DNA from: SAR324 cluster bacterium JCVI-SC AAA005
Lineage (GTDB): Bacteria > SAR324 > NAC60-12
Direction of reading: 5' to 3'
NCBI GenBank assembly: GCA_000224765.2
Contig: AGAU01000064.1
Span: 12,508 to 76,507, forward strand
Length of the DNA stretch: 64,000 bases
Positions 61,399 to 64,000 of the stretch are shown here, in pieces. The notes under the pieces were generated by a model. That model worked only from the letters and a program-made list of their open reading frames with translations. It was not told the origin of the DNA and did no database searches. Position numbers and translations under genes: made by a program. Positions within the stretch are counted from its first letter, which is position 1. Each line of letters opens with the position of its first letter.

Positions 61399-62073
61399 AT
61401 AGTCTCGCATTTAAATTGTTATTACTTTCTACCATACGACAGAGTTGCTGACGTATCTCACTACAGGAAGTTGAAGTCAAGGTGCTATTGTACACACCCC
61501 TCAATTTTCGCATTAAAACTCCATGACTTTTTCATACTCAGGAAAAACTCAAAATCATTCATTCACAAACTTTTTAAAACTATTAAGTCTTTTCACGTGG
61601 CTATCACCCATATGATTGAGGCTGAAGCATATCACCTTCAGACATGGGCACACTATTGCCTCCTAATTGACCATAGTTTGGAATCATCCTCAAAAATTGT
61701 AGATAATCCTGCAATGTACTGTACAAATCGCTTCCAGCCTTTTCAAATTCTGGATCTTGTGGAATTTAAACTGTAAAATGGTCGACGCAAAACATCACAT
61801 CAATCTCTATGAATCACTGAGTTAACGTGATTTAATGCCAATTACTGAAACAAGGTGAATCATGTATGAACTGTCAAGAATCCGATCAGAGATTTCTGCA
61901 TTCAGGTGAGAAGTGAACGTGCTGGCAAACCTGGCTGGTGTTTAGGAGAAATCTGCGAAGGGCTAATAATAGGCATGCCATTTTTTGCCTAATTTATTGT
62001 CTGAAAAGCCAGTGTGCATAGAGATTACTAACATTTGTTAAGTTTCAATGCATCTTATAAACAAGGTAGCTCA

Positions 62074-62853
62074 ATGGTTACACGCTATGTTTTTATCACT
62101 GGTGCTACAAGTGGTATTGGCTATGGAATTGCGCAAATTCTTGCCTCAAAAGGGCATCATATAGCTTATAATGGCCTAGCTGATTTTGAAGACATAATAG
62201 CAATTAGCGATAAATTGAAGGATTTAGGCGCTGCCAGTGTTCACTATTTTGATGCTGATATGCGTAATGGAGATGCTGTAAGAGAAATGATTACAGCTGC
62301 CGAATTCACAATGGGGCCAATTGATGTGCTGATTAATAATGCAGGTATTCAACACGTAGCACCCATTGAAAAATTCCCAATTTCCAGATGGGATGATTTG
62401 ATAGCTGTTAACTTGACAGCAAACTTCCATACCATCGCTTCAGTGATTGATGGTATGCGCGCCCGTGGCTTTGGACGCATAATCAATATTTCTTCGGTGC
62501 ATGGCTTGGTTGCTTCTGCAAACAAATCCGCCTACGTTTCTGCAAAGCATGGTGTTGTAGGTCTAACTAAAACAATTGCTCTTGAATGCGCAACAGATGG
62601 AATTACCGTCAACGCCATCTGCCCAGGATGGGTGAGAACGCCATTGGTAGAAGCCCAGATACACGACCGATCAGAAGTTAGCAGTAGAAGTTTTGAGGAA
62701 GAGGCAAGTATCCTAATTCAGGAACGTCAACCGAATCGAACCTTTGTGACTCCGGAACAAATTGGCAGTTTATGTCTTTATTTGATGAGTGAAGCCGCTG
62801 CCAGTGTCACCGGAATGGCAGTACCTATAGATGGTGCTTGGACAGCACATTAA
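62074..62853 (+). CDS. bdhA: D-3-hydroxybutyrate dehydrogenase
   Basis: TGATSGIG, NNAGIQHVAP, SVHGLVAS.NKSAYVSAKHG and CPGWV.TPLV. Confidence 0.9.
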   Translation: MVTRYVFITGATSGIGYGIAQILASKGHHIAYNGLADFEDIIAISDKLKDLGAASVHYFDADMRNGDAVREMITAAEFTMGPIDVLINNAGIQHVAPIEKFPISRWDDLIAVNLTANFHTIASVIDGMRARGFGRIINISSVHGLVASANKSAYVSAKHGVVGLTKTIALECATDGITVNAICPGWVRTPLVEAQIHDRSEVSSRSFEEEASILIQERQPNRTFVTPEQIGSLCLYLMSEAAASVTGMAVPIDGAWTAH

Positions 62854-63042
62854 AATTTCTATCATTGGTCTTGAATTGATGAAAAACGCTGGCTAACCCT
62901 GCGATAGGCTTTACTTTGAAACTTTCTCGCATGGGCGATTTGTGGCTCCAATGCATACTTTGCGTAGTTGAAGACTGATTGGAATTAAGAATAGTTAAGA
63001 AGTAAAAAATGTGCATTACCCCTGCCTAAAAAAACTTGCCTA

Positions 63043-64000
63043 TCAAAACCCATAGCCAATAAGTATCGTTGTCTCCGAACCTTCTCCTCCATTCGCAAAA
63101 TCTGTCCTAAAGATTACCGAAGAGAGCACAATACGTAGACCAATTCCTGCAGAGTATTTGAAATTATGAAATAAAGTATAGTCATTTGAATCGGAAACCT
63201 GTCCGATTTCATAAAACGGAGCCAGTTGCAGCGCTTCAAAGGTTCCTTTCTCCAATAGAAAGTCAAAAGGGGTTAATTGCTCCAAGAAATAAAACCGATA
63301 CTCAATGCCAGCAAAGAAGGAGTATTTGTCATAAAATCGAGCTACGGGATAGCTTCTTAGACGGTTTGGCCCCCCTAAAGCAGTTGAATTTGAGTTTCCT
63401 GCTTCATTTTGGTTGAAGTCATTGAAACCTCTCTCAACGCCCTTACATAGGGTTTCAATGGAAATTTGCTGAGATCCCGTGCCTTCCTTCAAACAATCAT
63501 CGTAATCAAACTTACCAAACCCCAAAGCCTTGGTTACTTCCGATGAAGAGAAAAATATGTTTCCAACCAGTACACCGCTACTGTCTGCATTTGGAAAATA
63601 ACTAGTCAGGCTATAGTCGTAAGTATGAAAATTTGTTAAGCCCTCTCCTTCGAAAAAGTAATTTTCATAGTTAAAACGAATACCTGACCGCGGATCTGTT
63701 CGATCATCTGTGTAATCAATTAACAGCCCTCTTCGAGAAACAAAAATTTTATTCAGATTGTAGTATTTAAGTAGGTTTTTGACAAATTTGGAAATCTCAT
63801 TTTCTTGTTCACTAGGAGGTCTATTTTCAAGTTCATCAAAATTAGCTAAATCGCTAGTCTCATAATCTATTTCTGGAAAAGCTAATGCACCACCAACATA
63901 AAATTCTAACTGTCTATCAAAAAAATTCAGACCCAATTCCAATGCTCGCCCGTAACTTCGACCAAACTCCAGTGTGAATTCTGGCTCTGGGGAAGAGTCC
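63043..64000 (-). CDS. Omp85/BamA-TamA-like outer-membrane beta-barrel, C-terminal part (5' truncated)
   Basis: D.TD...PRSG, LGG..RLRSY...RF, EYR, G.GLR and terminal Phe; frame open to window end. Confidence 0.75.
   Translation of the reverse strand, partial: DSSPEPEFTLEFGRSYGRALELGLNFFDRQLEFYVGGALAFPEIDYETSDLANFDELENRPPSEQENEISKFVKNLLKYYNLNKIFVSRRGLLIDYTDDRTDPRSGIRFNYENYFFEGEGLTNFHTYDYSLTSYFPNADSSGVLVGNIFFSSSEVTKALGFGKFDYDDCLKEGTGSQQISIETLCKGVERGFNDFNQNEAGNSNSTALGGPNRLRSYPVARFYDKYSFFAGIEYRFYFLEQLTPFDFLLEKGTFEALQLAPFYEIGQVSDSNDYTLFHNFKYSAGIGLRIVLSSVIFRTDFANGGEGSETTILIGYGF

Noticed and set aside
61384-61776. 130-aa plus-strand ORF
   Set aside because: Overlaps the start of the GFA pseudogene on the opposite strand; unnatural composition
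61890-62000. Inverted repeats upstream of bdhA as a riboswitch
   Set aside because: Only short stems (agatttct/agaaatct, taggca/tgccta) and no known aptamer motif
1-64000. CRISPR arrays, tRNA/rRNA genes, IS elements, prophage or defence genes; many short antisense ORFs in the track
   Set aside because: No spaced direct repeats, cloverleaf or transposase/integrase motifs found by eye; the short ORFs are shadows of well-supported genes

Overview
Bacterial DNA of roughly 40-42% GC. The gene content looks like a marine heterotroph, plausibly SAR324; this is an inference, since no marker gene is present. I found no rRNA, tRNA, CRISPR array or transposase. The left ~37 kb is densely coding. It holds a purine/allantoin degradation operon with a BMP-type ABC transporter (1-8943), two alpha/beta hydrolases, and msrP without msrQ. 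It also holds two tandem secreted paralogs with an invariant C-terminal DCVPTAYVQC, and a TctCBA-GntR-PdxA-like unit divergent from a sugar ABC operon carrying two glycerol-1-phosphate-dehydrogenase-like paralogs. An amino-sugar locus follows: NagZ, NgcEFG-like transporter, SDR, divergent RidA, DgaE/SelA-like PLP lyase, a CE7 esterase with a catalytically dead paralog, and an amidohydrolase. This locus suggests a kinase-free oxidation/deacetylation/deamination route for GlcNAc or oxidised chitin products. The right ~27 kb is a loose accessory region with many pseudogenes. It contains two unusual fusions: a voltage-gated cation channel (filter TFEDWTD) with tandem TerB-like domains, and a secreted VasI/TagO-like domain joined to an anchorless GspG pseudopilin head. 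All family calls come from motif recognition by eye, not database searches.
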